NCBI GenBank assembly: GCA_023213395.1
Contig: CM041465.1
Span: forward strand, 252,347,741 to 252,411,740
DNA from: Cycas panzhihuaensis
Lineage: Eukaryota > Plantae > Cycadophyta
DNA: 64,000 nt
Direction: 5' to 3'
The notes under the pieces are model-generated. The model worked only from the letters and a program-made list of their open reading frames with translations. It was not told where the DNA came from and searched no databases. Shown piece by piece: positions 50,789 through 64,000 of the stretch. A program made the translations under genes and the position numbers. The first letter of the stretch is position 1; the number at the start of each line of letters is the position of its first letter.

Positions 50789-53700
50789 TAGCTTACTCAT
50801 GTATTAAAGTCTAAAGAATTCTTAAATTGCCACCTTTGGGCAGGCACCATTAGATAGAATAACAACTAAGAGTTTTTTAAAGACCCATTAAAATTATAGC
50901 ATTCTAGCTTAGTAGCCCATCCGGTAGATAGATCACAAAGACACATAAACATAATAGCTCAAATGCTAATGTCAAACACCATTAAACTAAGTAGAAGTAA
51001 TAATTTTTGGCTTAGAATAAATATGTCAAAAACCTTTTGATTATGAATGATTATTAGGCCTATGTAAATGGGAAAATTATTAAACTTGCATCTACCAAAG
51101 ACCCAAACAATCCATACTAAGAGATTCCTCCTCATCTTGTTGCCCCAACTACCTTCAAAGCCAAAGACAACACTATCCTCTCCTTCCTTCACCTTGTTGT
51201 TGAAGAGCAAGTTGACCAGAATATTGAAATTGTTAACACCTCTCATAAAGCTTGGAGCACCATATACTCCCTTTATGAGAGAAAAGATGATTCGAGATTA
51301 ATCACTTTAAAAGCTCACCTCTTTTCCATCCCTTTTGTTGGCTCTATTTCCTCATACCTTACTGAAATCAAGACCATTAAGAATCAAATTAATAACCTTT
51401 GTGCCCTTCTCTCTAACCATGACTTAGTGTCAAGCATTGTTAATATCCTTTCCCTTAAATACAACAACTTTATCTCCCACTTATATAATAGATTTTCCAT
51501 AATAGAGTTTAACACCTTAGAATGATTATTGCTTAGAGAAGAGAGCATTTTAAGTTGCTAAGTAGTGGCATCCACTTCTGAATCTACTCCTATATTTGTA
51601 ACTAGAAACTCAGGAAGGAACCAACCACATCAATAACCATATAATCAACCACATCAATAACAACCCTTAGCCCAATAATTTAGTTATTTGAACCTTAATT
51701 AGTAATAACAACAACTACAACCATCTATAAATCAACAATAAAGATAAAATGTCACCTACTTATACTATGGAAAGACTGGGTACATTTCGGTAGACTGTAG
51801 GAGAAGACAAGATGACCTACAATTCATGTAGAATCAAAGTGACCAAGGGGAATAGAATCTTCAAAATCAACGAAAATACAATATGTAACAATAAAGAACC
51901 AACCAAGAAATCAAACAAACAATAGGAATTCCTAATAAGGAGGCAATACAACTAACTCTTAGGCTTACTCTGAAAACTTATTCTTTGTAACCTTGTCATT
52001 TCATCATGATGATAATTCTTGGTTGATAGATTCTAATGCCATTTAATATATGACTGGTACTAAAGATTTATTATAGGACACTCATCCTCTAAGGGCTCAG
52101 ATAATCTCACTTATGATATGACTAATATTGGTAGATCCCCCATTATCTTGAAGAACTCTAATGTTTGACATCACATTAGCAACATTCTCCTTATACCTGG
52201 CATGAAACAAAATTTATTGTTAGTTAGCCAAATAGACAAGCAGAACCTTGATATTCTACACCATTAGTGATCATGCTACAAGTCAACTAGTTGCTATAGG
52301 ACATGAGAACGGTGGTTTATACAAACTTGATGGAGTTCCCCTTACTATTATTCCACAATAAGATTCATATGTTTCTATACAGACTAACCACTTTGATAAA
52401 GGCAAAGAAATTCTACTTGAAGACCCTCCTATTGAAAAAACTCAAAATAAATAATCTTATAATGAAGAGAAACCCCTCTAAAAAAGAATTAAGGACTAAC
52501 TATGGCATCAATACCTAATTCACCTCAATATGTAGAGCATAAATCTCATGTATAGGCTTTAAATGGTGCATGGGTTGGCCAAGATCAAAAGAAACAGTTG
52601 CATTTGTGAGGCTTTCTTAATTAGAAAGCAACATAGAGAGTTATTCCCTTCAAAAAGAGCATGGCATGCCTCTAAACCTTTGGGGTTAGTCCACTTAGAC
52701 ATATATAGATCTATGTCAGTACCTTTCCTTAATGGAAATCCATTCTTCATCACCTTCATCAATGACTACTCAAGGAAAGTTTGGGTCTACTTTCTTTGAT
52801 ATAAATTTGAAGCTTTTGACAAATTCAAGGACTTCAAAGCTAAAGTAGAAATTGAAATTAGCATGACTATCAAAGAATTAAGATTAGATAATAAAGGAGA
52901 ATATACATCAAGATAATTCACCAACTTCTGTAGAGAATTTAGAATCAAATTCTAATTCTCATATCCTCATATATCCCAATAAAATAGTATAGCTAAAAGG
53001 ATGAATCAAACCTTAGTGGGCAAGGCTAAAGAAATGTTGAATGTTGCCAACTTTATTATTAGTTTTTGGGCTAAAGTTATATCTATTATTGCTTATTTAA
53101 CAAATGGAAATACCGTTGTAGCAGTAAGAGATATAATACCTAAGGAGGCTTGGTCAGGCCAAATGCCTACCATCTCACATTTAAGGACATTTGATTGTAC
53201 CATATACAAGTTCATCCCTAAGGGAAACAAAAAGAAACTAGATGAGAAAAGCCTCAAGTGTATTTTCATTAGCTATGTATTTAGATGTAAAGCATATAAG
53301 GTGTATGACCCTATTAGAAAGTAGGCATATATAACTCCAGATATTATTTTAACTGAAAACACACTAGACTTGGACCTATCTCCAATTTAGTTTATCACAG
53401 ATGATGATATTATTGTACCAAAAGTAGCCCTTGCATTAATTATTGATCCACTTGCACCATCAACATCTTATACTCTAAGTCCATCTTCAACTCCACTTGC
53501 TTAAACTTCAAATTCAAATGCCACCTCTGCAGTACCATCTATATCACTAAATGATTTCCTTGTAGAAGTCATTAGTAGCTAGAAATTTCCTAAGTGGTAC
53601 TAGCAAGTGATGAAGGATGTACCTCCTCTTACTGTTTCTCCTAAGAGAGAATTAAGAATAAGGCATTCAATAAATTATGCCTTAATAACATGTGTTCTTG

Positions 53701-54104
53701 ATACTCCGAAGCCTTCAACATTTGAGGAAGCAGTCATAGACCAAATATAGAAACCTGCCATGGATGAAGAAATGAATTTTATCATCAAGAATGACACATG
53801 GGAGCTCGCTAAATTGCTACCTAGAAAGAAGTTGATTGATTTTAGATGGCTTTACAAAACTAAATTTCATGTCAATGGCTCTATCGAGCATCATAAAGCC
53901 CATTTGGTAATAAAATCTTTCAAGCAAGAGGTCCATCATCACTTCATCCGTGAACATATATAAAATAAAGAAGTTGACCTTGTGTATTGACCTACTAAGG
54001 ACCAAGTTATAGATATCTTCATTAAAGTACTTAGTAGACCAAAGTTTAAAAGGTTTTAGCATGACCTCAGTGTCAAGTCAAACGAAGTTATCATTAAAGG
54101 AAAG

Positions 54105-54472
54105 TGTTAAAACATTAATAACACCTTTATTCATAAATGTATCTTTATATTATAATGTGATTATGTTGTATTGTAAAATCATGTCAGGTCTACCCCTTGT
54201 CAAATAATGGGCTAAGTATATTAGTTTGTTATGTTGGTCAATCATGTAAAGACTTAAGGTGCTTTGAGGCTTATAAATTAAGCTCAAACCCGCTTTGATA
54301 TACATTGGATTATTTGAAGCAACAAAACCTTACTGAGTTGAAGACTGAAGATGCCAACCAATTTGCCCCCCTTATTCTCTACAATCAATTTATGTTGAAT
54401 AGTTAATTGCTTTATTTATCATTTTATTTTTGCATATATAAGAATATTTTAGATCCTGTGTTGATTTTTTTA
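54105..54472 (+). repeat. Copia-D 3' LTR (368 bp)
   Basis: Lies between the PPT and the TSD TTTAG; matches 44625-44978. Confidence 0.9.
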
Positions 54473-57400
54473 TTTAGTAGTAGGTATTTCTCCTTTAATT
54501 AGTAAACATGAAAGATAAAAGCAATTAAAGAATTTACAATTAGCATAATTATAAGTATAACAAAAGAATCCATACTTCTTTCTTATATGTGCCTAGGGAG
54601 TAGACTTCATCTACATGATAGTTTAAATTAAACAAAAACAAAAAACAAAAGATAAAGAAAAGAATATAAGCATTACATACACATGGGTGGATGCACTTAC
54701 TCTCTTGTATTGATTGTGTGGCTTATGCATAGTTTTAAGTGTGTGATTAGTTTCATACAATAAAAGAGGCATGCTAGGTTACATCATAGGTGTATGATAT
54801 TGCTTATTTCCCCTAGGTTTAGGCTTTATTCTACCTGCTAGAGTGTTCTTGATTGATCAAGACTTGGTATCCTCGATGTATAGGGTTATTATTCTTTGAG
54901 ACTTCTCTTTGTAAGGGTGAGTTTGATTGACCAAAACTTAAGATTCTTGATATACGAGCTTACCCTTCTTAGAGATTATTCACTCCATGCCATATTTTGA
55001 ACCCCAAAAGTGACAACCTCTTGCCACACTTTGGGTTGAGAGTGGCTCTTCTCTTCTTTATTTACCTTTAAGTATTGAAGACTAATTAGAGTCAGAGGCA
55101 ACCATCCTAGAGTCATTCACCTTCACAAGTAGATCATCATTAGGTGAAGAAGTCCCCAATGACTGGCCCTTGATAGGGTTATTAATCCATGATCTAAGAT
55201 CTTCTAAGTCTTCTTACTTGTTAATTCTCTTGAACTATAGTTAGAGAAATGTAGTTTTTTTTCTATGGTTGGGTAAAGGTCTAGGTTAGATCACACTTCT
55301 AAGAGTATTAGGGTGATTAGTTTATAGGGAACTTAGAATGACATCTTTTGGGATAAGGGCCCTAATGATCCTTCCACTTATTGGGAGTTCTTGAATGTTT
55401 ACTTATCTCCTCAAAGAAAAGTAGTTAGAGATTGATTATTTATTTGAGCTTTTCTTTGTTCTTTTTTTCTTTGATTATTTATGAGTTAGTGCTTAGTTAG
55501 CGATTAGTTAGATTTTTCTACCTTAGCACACATAAAAAGGCATCTCTCCTCCATTTAAAAGAGTGTCAAGGATCCATTGAGATTTTTCACCTTAGTTATC
55601 TTTGAGAGAATCTCTCCTTTCATTTAAGATTTATAGGAAGGTTCATCCTAACATGTATTGTGTTGGCAACCATACTGAGGAGTTGCCAAAACTTCCTTGT
55701 TTCTCATTCATTCTTCCATATCGTTGGAGTCTTCCATCAATATTGTTTATTTAGTTTACTTCATTTCACTTATACATTTTAGTTAAGTAACCTTCACATG
55801 TTCCATCCTTTTAACATCCTATTTCTTCCATGGATCCTTCACATATCCCACTTAGGTAACCTAAGAGACTTCAAGGCCCTCTCCCTAAAGACTCTTCATA
55901 GCCTTCCTAAGCTACCACCTTTTCTCCTTAGGAAGGTTATGAAAGTTCCATTATAGACCCTACCACTACTCCATTTGTACCTTAGGATACTTAGAACCCA
56001 TTTGAATACTGTGAAGATCTTGGCTTATATGAGGTCATATTAGGTAATAACATGACTTGATTGAAAATGCATCTTTGATATGATCTCCTATTCCACTACA
56101 TAGTTACTATATGGAACATACAAGATCCATATTTTATGATGGTGATTATGGAGTGTCTATGCCTTATTCTCTTCCATTTACCACACATCTATTTAAGAAA
56201 GCTCTGCGTTTTATCACCTTAACACATACCTAGTCATACATCACTACATAAGAGTAGGGAGGGCACAAGGCTCCTATTCACTCATCATCCTTAGGCATTG
56301 ATCTCGATAAGCATACCCATGATCTTTAGACTGAGTCTATAGTTTTTCAACAATGTATGTCCCCACTAGAGCCTTCTTAGGTAGGGTCTTAATGGAGATC
56401 TATACCCACTATCTATGTAGGGCCCAAGGCCCCTTTCTTACATGCACCTATCCCTCCTCCATTACCAAGAGGTTTATGCCCATCAGTTAGGGCTAGTTAT
56501 CCTTCTTGAGATAACCATTTCACTTAGATTATGCAAATATATATCACTTCCTATGTAACATTCCCTACCTCAACTATCTCCACATGTCTACCCCAAATTG
56601 ACACATCATTAAGATCCAGGTAACCACACATGACCCTCTCATATTTTGGGTATAAGCTATTAAGATCTACATCTATATGCCACATAACTATGAAAAAACT
56701 CCATACCTTGTTATGGTCCAATACTTGCTCACACTCAACTGGGTTACTCAAGTCAACCTCTTGGCTATGGCCCATATGTTCCTCCCACTTCCCAATATCT
56801 AAGAGGCTTCCCTTCTCAAGGGAAAACAACTTCCCACCTTATTACATAACCTTATCTTAGATATTTAGAATAAACACATGCATTTTATCATGGGTATTCA
56901 ACCCATGGTAGGGCACTTAGAAACCTAAAACTTATACAAATACCCCCCCAAGCATCTTCATCATTAAGGGCAATAAGGTCACTTATTGACTACAAGAGGA
57001 AACCCTTTCCATAAGAGATTCTCCTCTTTCCACTATCTCCTTTAATGCCTAAGTTACTTAAATTTTTAGGAGTGTTAACTTAGGATCTAGTGGGGCACAT
57101 GTAACCTTTTACTCTTACATGCACTAACTACCACCCTTTGACTATTTGATGATGCGATTATTCCCAAACACCCTTTATGATAATGCCTTGAAGTGGTTCT
57201 ATAGGTTAAAACCCACATCTATTTTTTCCTTCCAATAATTGGTTGACATTTTTATGAGTTATTTTAATACAACCAGGTCATTCAAGACTGACACTAAAGC
57301 TCTACTTTTAGTCAAGTAGGGTGGATGATTCATCCTATGACTTTATCTATTGTTTTTAAGATTTAATTCATGCTCGTCAAGTTCCCCCAAATAATAACTT

Positions 57401-59657
57401 ACTTTTGATGTCTTCACTAATGCCTTAAGACCCCAAGTATGCCTTAAGGTCCTTAAGCTATGGCCCACCTCCTATGAAGAAACCATAAAGAAATGCTTAG
57501 CTCTTAAGCATTTGAGATTTAGGTTAGGATTGAAATGCTAAACAAATCTTTTATACCCAAAGAGAAGGTTGAGCAGGCTTGGGGATCTAAACTATCACAG
57601 GGTGATCGTACCTATGGCCACCTTACCTGTGTAATTTAGTCTTTGGAAAGGTCCATTAACATAAACTTCATATTGATACCTCTCCTACCCTTGAGCTTAA
57701 GAATAAAACCAAGGTTATCCATTTCACTAAACATAAGAAATACCCCAATGCATCACCTCTTAAAAAGATGCCTTAGTACCCTTATTACCAAATAGATACA
57801 CATGATCAAGAAGATTATCATAAGCTCAAAGACCTTAGTTGTCATGGTTAGGCTAGTGAAAAGCTTACCTTCAAGCCAACTAGGGCCAAATTATTCATAA
57901 AGACCCACTTCCTAATTATAGTAAGAAGGGAACCAAAGATAAGGTCAAGGTATAGAACAATAATGATATTGAATATTCTAACTTTAAAGCTAGCAACAAA
58001 AAATCACCATCACTTAAATGTGATGACAAAAAGACAAATGTGTCAAATAGACCACCATTTATAAGTAAATCACATAAGAATGTGATTAATATGGTGGAGA
58101 CGAACAAGATCCACACTTCTTCTAAACCCCTTGATGGGGATTTGTTGCCTAAGGATAAGTCTTTAGACTCCCCTCCTTAGTTGCTCATTAGACCTATTCA
58201 TTTTAGGTTTACTCCTTCATACATAAAGGAAGGCACCTTTTCTCCCATGGAGGAGTTGGAGACTGTTCCCATGGGAATTTCCATCATGAAACTCCTTAAG
58301 AGTTGCCTTGATTAAAGGCAACTCTTATTAGATACTCTTGGGGTACCAAGGTCTAACTTATCCCTTAAAACAACTTTGTACTTTGATCCATCCATATTGA
58401 TCCATGAAGGGAAAAGAAACCATAATGAAACCATGCCCTTTTACATAGAAATTCTTAAACATGGCATCAGCATCAAAAGATATATCATTGATAAAGGGAC
58501 TTTTGTCAATGGTATGTGCCTCTAAATCCTTGAAGATTTGGAGGTATTAGATTATGAGTTTGTCAATTATATTTACCAAGGATATGACAAACATAAAAGA
58601 AAATCCTAATTGATTAGGTCACTCTTTCACTTACCCTAGGAAAGACAATCATGGTAGAGGTTACTATCCTTAACCCTGGCCTCAAGTTCAATCTCTTATT
58701 AGGTTGGCTATGGATAAGCTAGATGTTGGTGGTTTGTTCCTCATTCTTCATTAAACTTAAGTTTGTCCATGATGCCAAGTCAAAGTTATCTAGTGCAGGA
58801 GTAATCTAATTAAATAATTTATTTATTCAACTAACATAATTATTAAAGAAGGAGAATCTTCCTCTCCTTTTTGATTAATGGTTTTTGAACAATACTTTAC
58901 TATTGAACAATCCCTTGCAAAACTCAGGTTAAGTCAAAAGACATTTATATGATCACCACATGTCTATCGAAAGATGACTCTTTCTCGTGCCATTTTATTG
59001 AACACCTTATTTCTAACAAGGAAGCAAATTCTCCTCCTCTCATTGATTTCTCTTTTGACTAGGCTCCTCAATCCACCCATGACTTCTAGTTTAACCTTCT
59101 TATGCAACTCAATTAGGATGTTCATACTTATGTGGACTTTCTTCCCAATCAGACAACTTTGGTCAAGGTTTATCTTTTTACCTCCAATGCCTTATCTTAA
59201 AATCTACTCGTGTGCTATCTTTCTACTTATGATTGCCCTTATTAAGAGGGCTCAATTCCAAGATCCATTCTTAGCCTTAACCATTTTGAGAATTATGAGG
59301 CAATCTTAGATTGCCTAGTGAGAGCTTCTCCTAACCTTCTACCTAACCATCATAAGTATGGCTTTGCCAAGCACATTCAACTTCACTCACCCTTAGTAAG
59401 CTCAAATCATACACCACACACCTCCTCTCCACTACTAAACCCTACTCCTTCCCACTTTAAGGAAGTGTTTCCCGGCTACTAGGAATGGATATAGACAGGT
59501 CAACTCAGGTAGGCTTAGGTATGCTTCTCCCTTTTCACTTGCACTATTTCTCTGGAAAGGTTAATAGAAGTGTTGCCTCATTGCATGACTGCTTGCTTCA
59601 TTTGTATGATCACTTTACATTTGTTGCCTAGTCATGCTGCTTGTCGTATTGTGAGCC

Positions 59658-62600
59658 TATGACGACCCAGCGGGACCTACCTTTCTACAAGGTAGGCATC
59701 CCTATGGCACTTTACGACCCTTTGCATTGTCTCCACACTGCCCCAAGCTTCATTTCATTTGTATGACCCGTTCATGCCTTGATTTTGAGCTCCTAACACC
59801 TTGTTTCCAGGACCTTTGGCCATTGATGCTCTTCTTGCCTTTATCCACATGCATTCTGGACTGTCTCATCCACCTAGACAGGAGGCCCAACCTCTCCCAG
59901 GCCTACCACACCACCTCCTAAGGCTCCTGGAACCCATATTTTTACCATTCTGACTTTCTGGTTCTGGACCGTTGTAAACTTAGTAGTACCATGAAGTTTA
60001 CCGCGGTACCGCGAAGTTTACCGCTAAGCGACTTTTGTCAGTTATTTTTGAAAAACTACTGTGGCAATTCTCGTGTTTCCTGTAAAATCGCCACGTGGCC
60101 TCACATCCACCTCAACCCTATTCACACCCTATTCACTTGTTTAGGGCTGGGATGGGTATAAATCCCAAAACCCTCATCATTTTACCTCTCTTAGATCATT
60201 TTTGGCTCTTTAAGATAACCATTTCCTGCTCCTTCTCTCTTCCCTCTATAGGTGCATTTGCAGACCTATGTTTCATCGCAACCGGGCAGATCACTTTGCA
60301 ACAACCTTCCTCCACGGTGGGAAGCTTCTCTCCAGGCGTTATCAAGCAAGTTTTGGTGTTGTTCTTCTCCAACTCACCCCAGCAAGTGTCTCCTTCAGCT
60401 GTCTCTTGGGATATCTCCTGTAAAACCTTGCAGGGATCCTCTTCTCCACTAATTATAGAGCAGACCTGCTCTATATCAGCCCAGCAAGTCCTCCAAACCC
60501 TTTTCTCAGGATTTATGGTATGCTATCTCTATTTTAGACCCATTTCTTGGTTTGTTTGCTTGCTTTCTTCAGGTTTGATTGTAGCAAAACTTGTTTTCAT
60601 TTGAGTTTGGCTTGTTGCTTTTGGGTTTCACCTTCCCTCCACTAGTTTTCCTTAAGGGAGTAATAGGAAAAGAACCACAAAGGTTAGGTGAAGAAAGTAA
60701 GGTGGGGGAAACCCCCACTTAGTCCTACTCTCCAAGGGCAATCCCCTTCCCACCTTTTCTTCTCTTGCTCCATGCTCCTCTTGGGTTAATTAGGAGTAGG
60801 TGAGCCTTAGGCCTGTGCTAGATTATCAGTGTATACAACCCCTTGTTGCACTAGTTCTAGGCCTGCACACCTCTTATTTGGACCTCTGTAATATCCCTAA
60901 TATTGTTGGGTACCCCTTAAAAACATTGGTAAGAGTTTTTACACCAGATTATTGCCCATAGCAACTCCGCACCTTGACATCCCCCCAACGCTCTTTCACT
61001 TTTATCCTTGTATTTCTTAGCTGTCATAAGCTATCTTCTACCCTCATCTTGCTGTGTTAGAAGGTTGTGTGGAGAACCCAGTGGAGGGTTAGCCATCCTG
61101 AGGCTTCCCTTCACTCCACCTTGCTTGATGTACATGTTTGCTTGAGAGAGGATTTGGAGCTATTTGTAGCATTTATTTCCCTAACATTTTAACATATACA
61201 TTACACGTATACTTGCATATATATATAGCTTTTCTTTTATAGCCCCTTCTTGGAAGGGATAAGCCCTTGGATGTGCAGGTTGGTGTGGTGCTTTCTCACA
61301 AAGGTATAAAGCATTTGAATCTGGGTAAGATCTACCGTCTTTTCTCTTTGCTTATTTTTTTGCTTCCTTCATTCCGTTTACTTTTCACAAAAGGGGAAGG
61401 TAAGGAAGCCCCTATCGTTCGCATCAAACTTGATTATACATCCATCGATTGGTGTTAGGATGTGCATTGCATGTGGGTGAGACCTCTCGTTGGCCGCTAC
61501 ACCTTTTGGGTACGCACATCTTTCTTTTGACCCCCCCATTTCCCTTTTCACTTTTATTTAGAATCTATGTTCTAGCTAAGTAAATCACATGAAAGTAAAA
61601 AGGTGAATGGTGTTGTCTATTTGCACTTGTATGCTTGCATGTCATATGCTCAACTCATATAGGAAAAGGATATTATAGGAAACCCCCTCTTCCCATTCCT
61701 TTTCCTACAAAACCTAACATACCCTTTTTGGTTCATTCCATTTGGTATCGCTTACTTGCATGTGTAACACTTGTCCCCTTTTCCTTTTCCATTTTGCTAT
61801 TTGAATCGTTAAAGGAAAACTTTGCTTAAGTGCCTCTCTTTGTCCCTCTCTCTTGGGCCTATTTGCTTTGACCAAATAACCAAGAGAGACTCGGTTACAT
61901 CGTAGTCTTTCACCTACCTTATCCACGTCTGTTTCCTTTCATCATAGGGAAACCTTTGAGGATTCCTCTTCTTCCCTTTTGGTTATCCAAGGGTGGGAGG
62001 ACCTTCCTCTCGAATCTATCCAGGCTACCCCCCTTGTACACGCTCTCTCTCCCAGATTGAGGGCCACTTCAAGGTTGTTGAGTGCCATTCGCAGGTCCCA
62101 AACTCGTGCTCTGGCACACGGGGCACCCTGCGTGGTACTTTCTTTGCTTGTAGGTTTTCGCCCACACCCTCGATACCATCATCGACTACCATTACTCCTA
62201 CCGAGCATAGTTATTATCCCGTAGACGTGCATCCACTGGTGACCATACTGAGGACCTGCCTGTAAGGGAGCTAGTTCCTATCCCTTCATGTTAGTACTAT
62301 TACCTTTTAGTGGTCTCCTCCACTTCTTCCTTTTGTTGGGCAGCCCCCAACACATACTTTGCATCTTTTTCCTTCTTCTAACGTATTGGCAAGTTTTGTA
62401 TGCGATGCTTCTCACATCGCCTATGTGGTTTACTTCCATTATTAGAAGACCCTACATATCGTCTTCTTTCATCATTGTATTCTGATTTGACAATGGAAGG
62501 ATACCCTTCAGATTGGGCTTATCATGCTTTTGCTTCAGAAGATCATGAGTTCCCCACATCCATTTCGGGATCCACCCAAGAGGGTGACGATCCCATCTAC

Positions 62601-64000
62601 TACCCTGGTGATCAACATCACCCACTTGACACCCATCCTTCTACTCATACAATAGAGGGCCCATCTCCTCTCAAGATTCACCATCCAGTTGGTGATTCTT
62701 ATGAGGAGCGTCCTGAGGGGTCTACTTCATTTGAGGTCCCGTCTACCTCTTATGATCACGTAGATACCCCTCCTGCTGACGTGGTTGAAGTCCTTAGTGA
62801 GTGCTTTCGAGCTGCTCGTCTTCAATTGTGTCCTAGATGGTTTAAAGATATCTTACGTGGTGGGGCATCTTCCTCATCCGCTCCTGTCCCACTGTCTTCA
62901 TCTACATCTACACCCCCCATGATAAGTAATCCTTTTGTGCCTACACATTCATCCTGCTCTATTTTTATGTCTACCTTAGGGATGTCTATTACACCTTCTA
63001 TCCCTCATCATGGTCCCAACTCCTTGGGACTCTCTCGTGGTATGTCTTTCTCCCAGCTTGGGGTTAGCATGCCTTTTCCTAGTCTAGCCAATACGCCACC
63101 TCCCAACGTGGCACATGTATTTCCTAGTAGGCCTAGAGGTCTTACTAACGCTACTACTATTAGTCACGTGGGATCCGCTCCTACATGTACTCAAAACCAA
63201 CCTAATGGTCATTCCCTTTATGTACCCCTAGGTTATACTTCTCTATCTTAGGGGCACGATAAAGGAAACCATATTCTAGCTTATGGGGTGGACCCGTTAC
63301 ATCCATATGGGGTTGCGCCACCCATAAGCGGTCCATATAGACAAAACTTGATTCCTCACCCTTCCTTCCCTTCATCCTGCATAGCTCCTTACGCTGTGCC
63401 TTTGCAAGGAAACCCAACTTCCTTTCAAGGTACTTATCCTCAAGTCCCTTTCCAACAAGGGATATTTCCTCAAGGAGGGATGGGCTTACCACCCCCATCT
63501 GTTCCTTGTCTATTACCTCTTACATCATTTGCCGATCCTATGGTCCAGGCAAGGGCATGTCCCTTTATGGATTATAGATCGACACCACTATCTGTTGAGG
63601 CGTTAAGAACCAACTTACTGCCTCATCCCCCCAAAGTTCCTAAGTTCGATGGAACTTCATCACTGGACCTAGCGGAGCATGTTCGTAGTTTGTCTATGGC
63701 GTGCATTGATTACTGGGCCTATGACCACATACTAATGAAATTATTCCCGTGATCATTATAAGGCGATGCCCTTAAATGGTTTTATCACCTGCCTGCCCAT
63801 TCCATTTTTTCATTCCAGCAACTTATGGATGAGTTCATCAACTATATTGATGTGGCTCGTCCATTCGAAAGTGGAATGAAATCCCTTCTTTTGCTCAAAC
63901 AAGGTCACGATGAGATGAATCGTGACTTCATGCGGTGATTTCATGACCTCCTCCATTCCACTAAGGCTATTTTACCTAAGGAATTGAAGAGGGATCTCTT
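59658..64000 (+). mobile_element. Younger non-chromoviral Ty3/gypsy element, 5' part (long LTR/leader and start of gag); continues beyond the window
   Basis: Putative LTR start T(G>A)TGACGACCC at 59658; TATAAAT 60157-60163; Gag core PKVPKFDGT..AEHVRS..LMKLFP*SL*GDALKWFYHLPAHSIFSFQQLMDEF (63630-63840). LTR end and PBS not identified. Confidence 0.7.
62492..64000 (+). pseudogene. Gypsy gag with long Pro/Ser-rich N-terminal region, disrupted by stops
   Basis: ORFs 62400-63251 and 63288-63752 lie in the same frame and lead into the retrotransposon Gag core; first ATG ~62492. Confidence 0.7.

Larger units (their letters stand above)
44625..54472 (+). mobile_element. Copia-D: Ty1/copia with both LTRs, long 5' leader, most of RT/RH deleted; hosts Copia-E
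   Basis: TSD TTTAG (44620-44624, 54473-54477); PBS TGGTATTAGAGCC 44979-44991; PPT AAAGGAAAG 54096-54104. Gag from ~50960, PR WLIDSNA (~52020), [32 protein letters not shown] start fused to RH end. Confidence 0.9.
42936..59657 (+). mobile_element. Old non-chromoviral Ty3/gypsy (Tat/Ogre/Athila-like) relic hosting Copia-D; boundaries approximate
   Basis: Gag core LMMRLFPNTLYDNALKWFYRLKPTSIFSF (~57145-57270) and protease-like PFYIEI..IIDKGTFVN..FNLLLGWLWI (~58435-58720). Non-coding parts share short motifs with 59658-64000. The left boundary and the assignment of 42936-44624 are weak. Confidence 0.55.

Noticed and set aside
60095-60604. 169-aa ORF as a host gene
   Set aside because: GTG start, lies within the presumed LTR/leader, and its low-complexity translation has no family motif.

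Overview
Land-plant nuclear DNA. A gymnosperm origin is an inference from the old, heavily nested retroelements and the C4H N-terminus, and is not verified. The only intact host gene is a 3-exon class I cinnamate 4-hydroxylase (C4H/CYP73A, 31609-33706, +) with AC-element/TATA promoter motifs. Left arm: the end of a Ty1/copia element inserted in a second copia (A). Copia-A is interrupted by a Tork/Tnt1-like copia (B, 3794-15186), which carries an inverted, 5'-truncated chromoviral gypsy flanked by a ~1.5 kb duplication of copia IN-RT sequence. A full-length RNase H-bearing L1 LINE with a 17-bp TSD follows (17518-23966). Right arm: a truncated copia (C), then a non-chromoviral gypsy relic containing copia D (44625-54472, TSD TTTAG), which contains copia E (46604-50788, TSD TAGCT). 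A younger related gypsy runs off the window end. All TE ORFs are disrupted. I found no demonstrably new biological system. The best leads are the chimeric copia/gypsy unit, an antisense ORF with TATA and Kozak context in the LINE 5' region, a CpG-rich island ~3.5-4.3 kb upstream of C4H, a GC hairpin module shared by unrelated LTRs, and a possible spliced convergent transcript downstream of C4H. Identities quoted are approximate hand counts.
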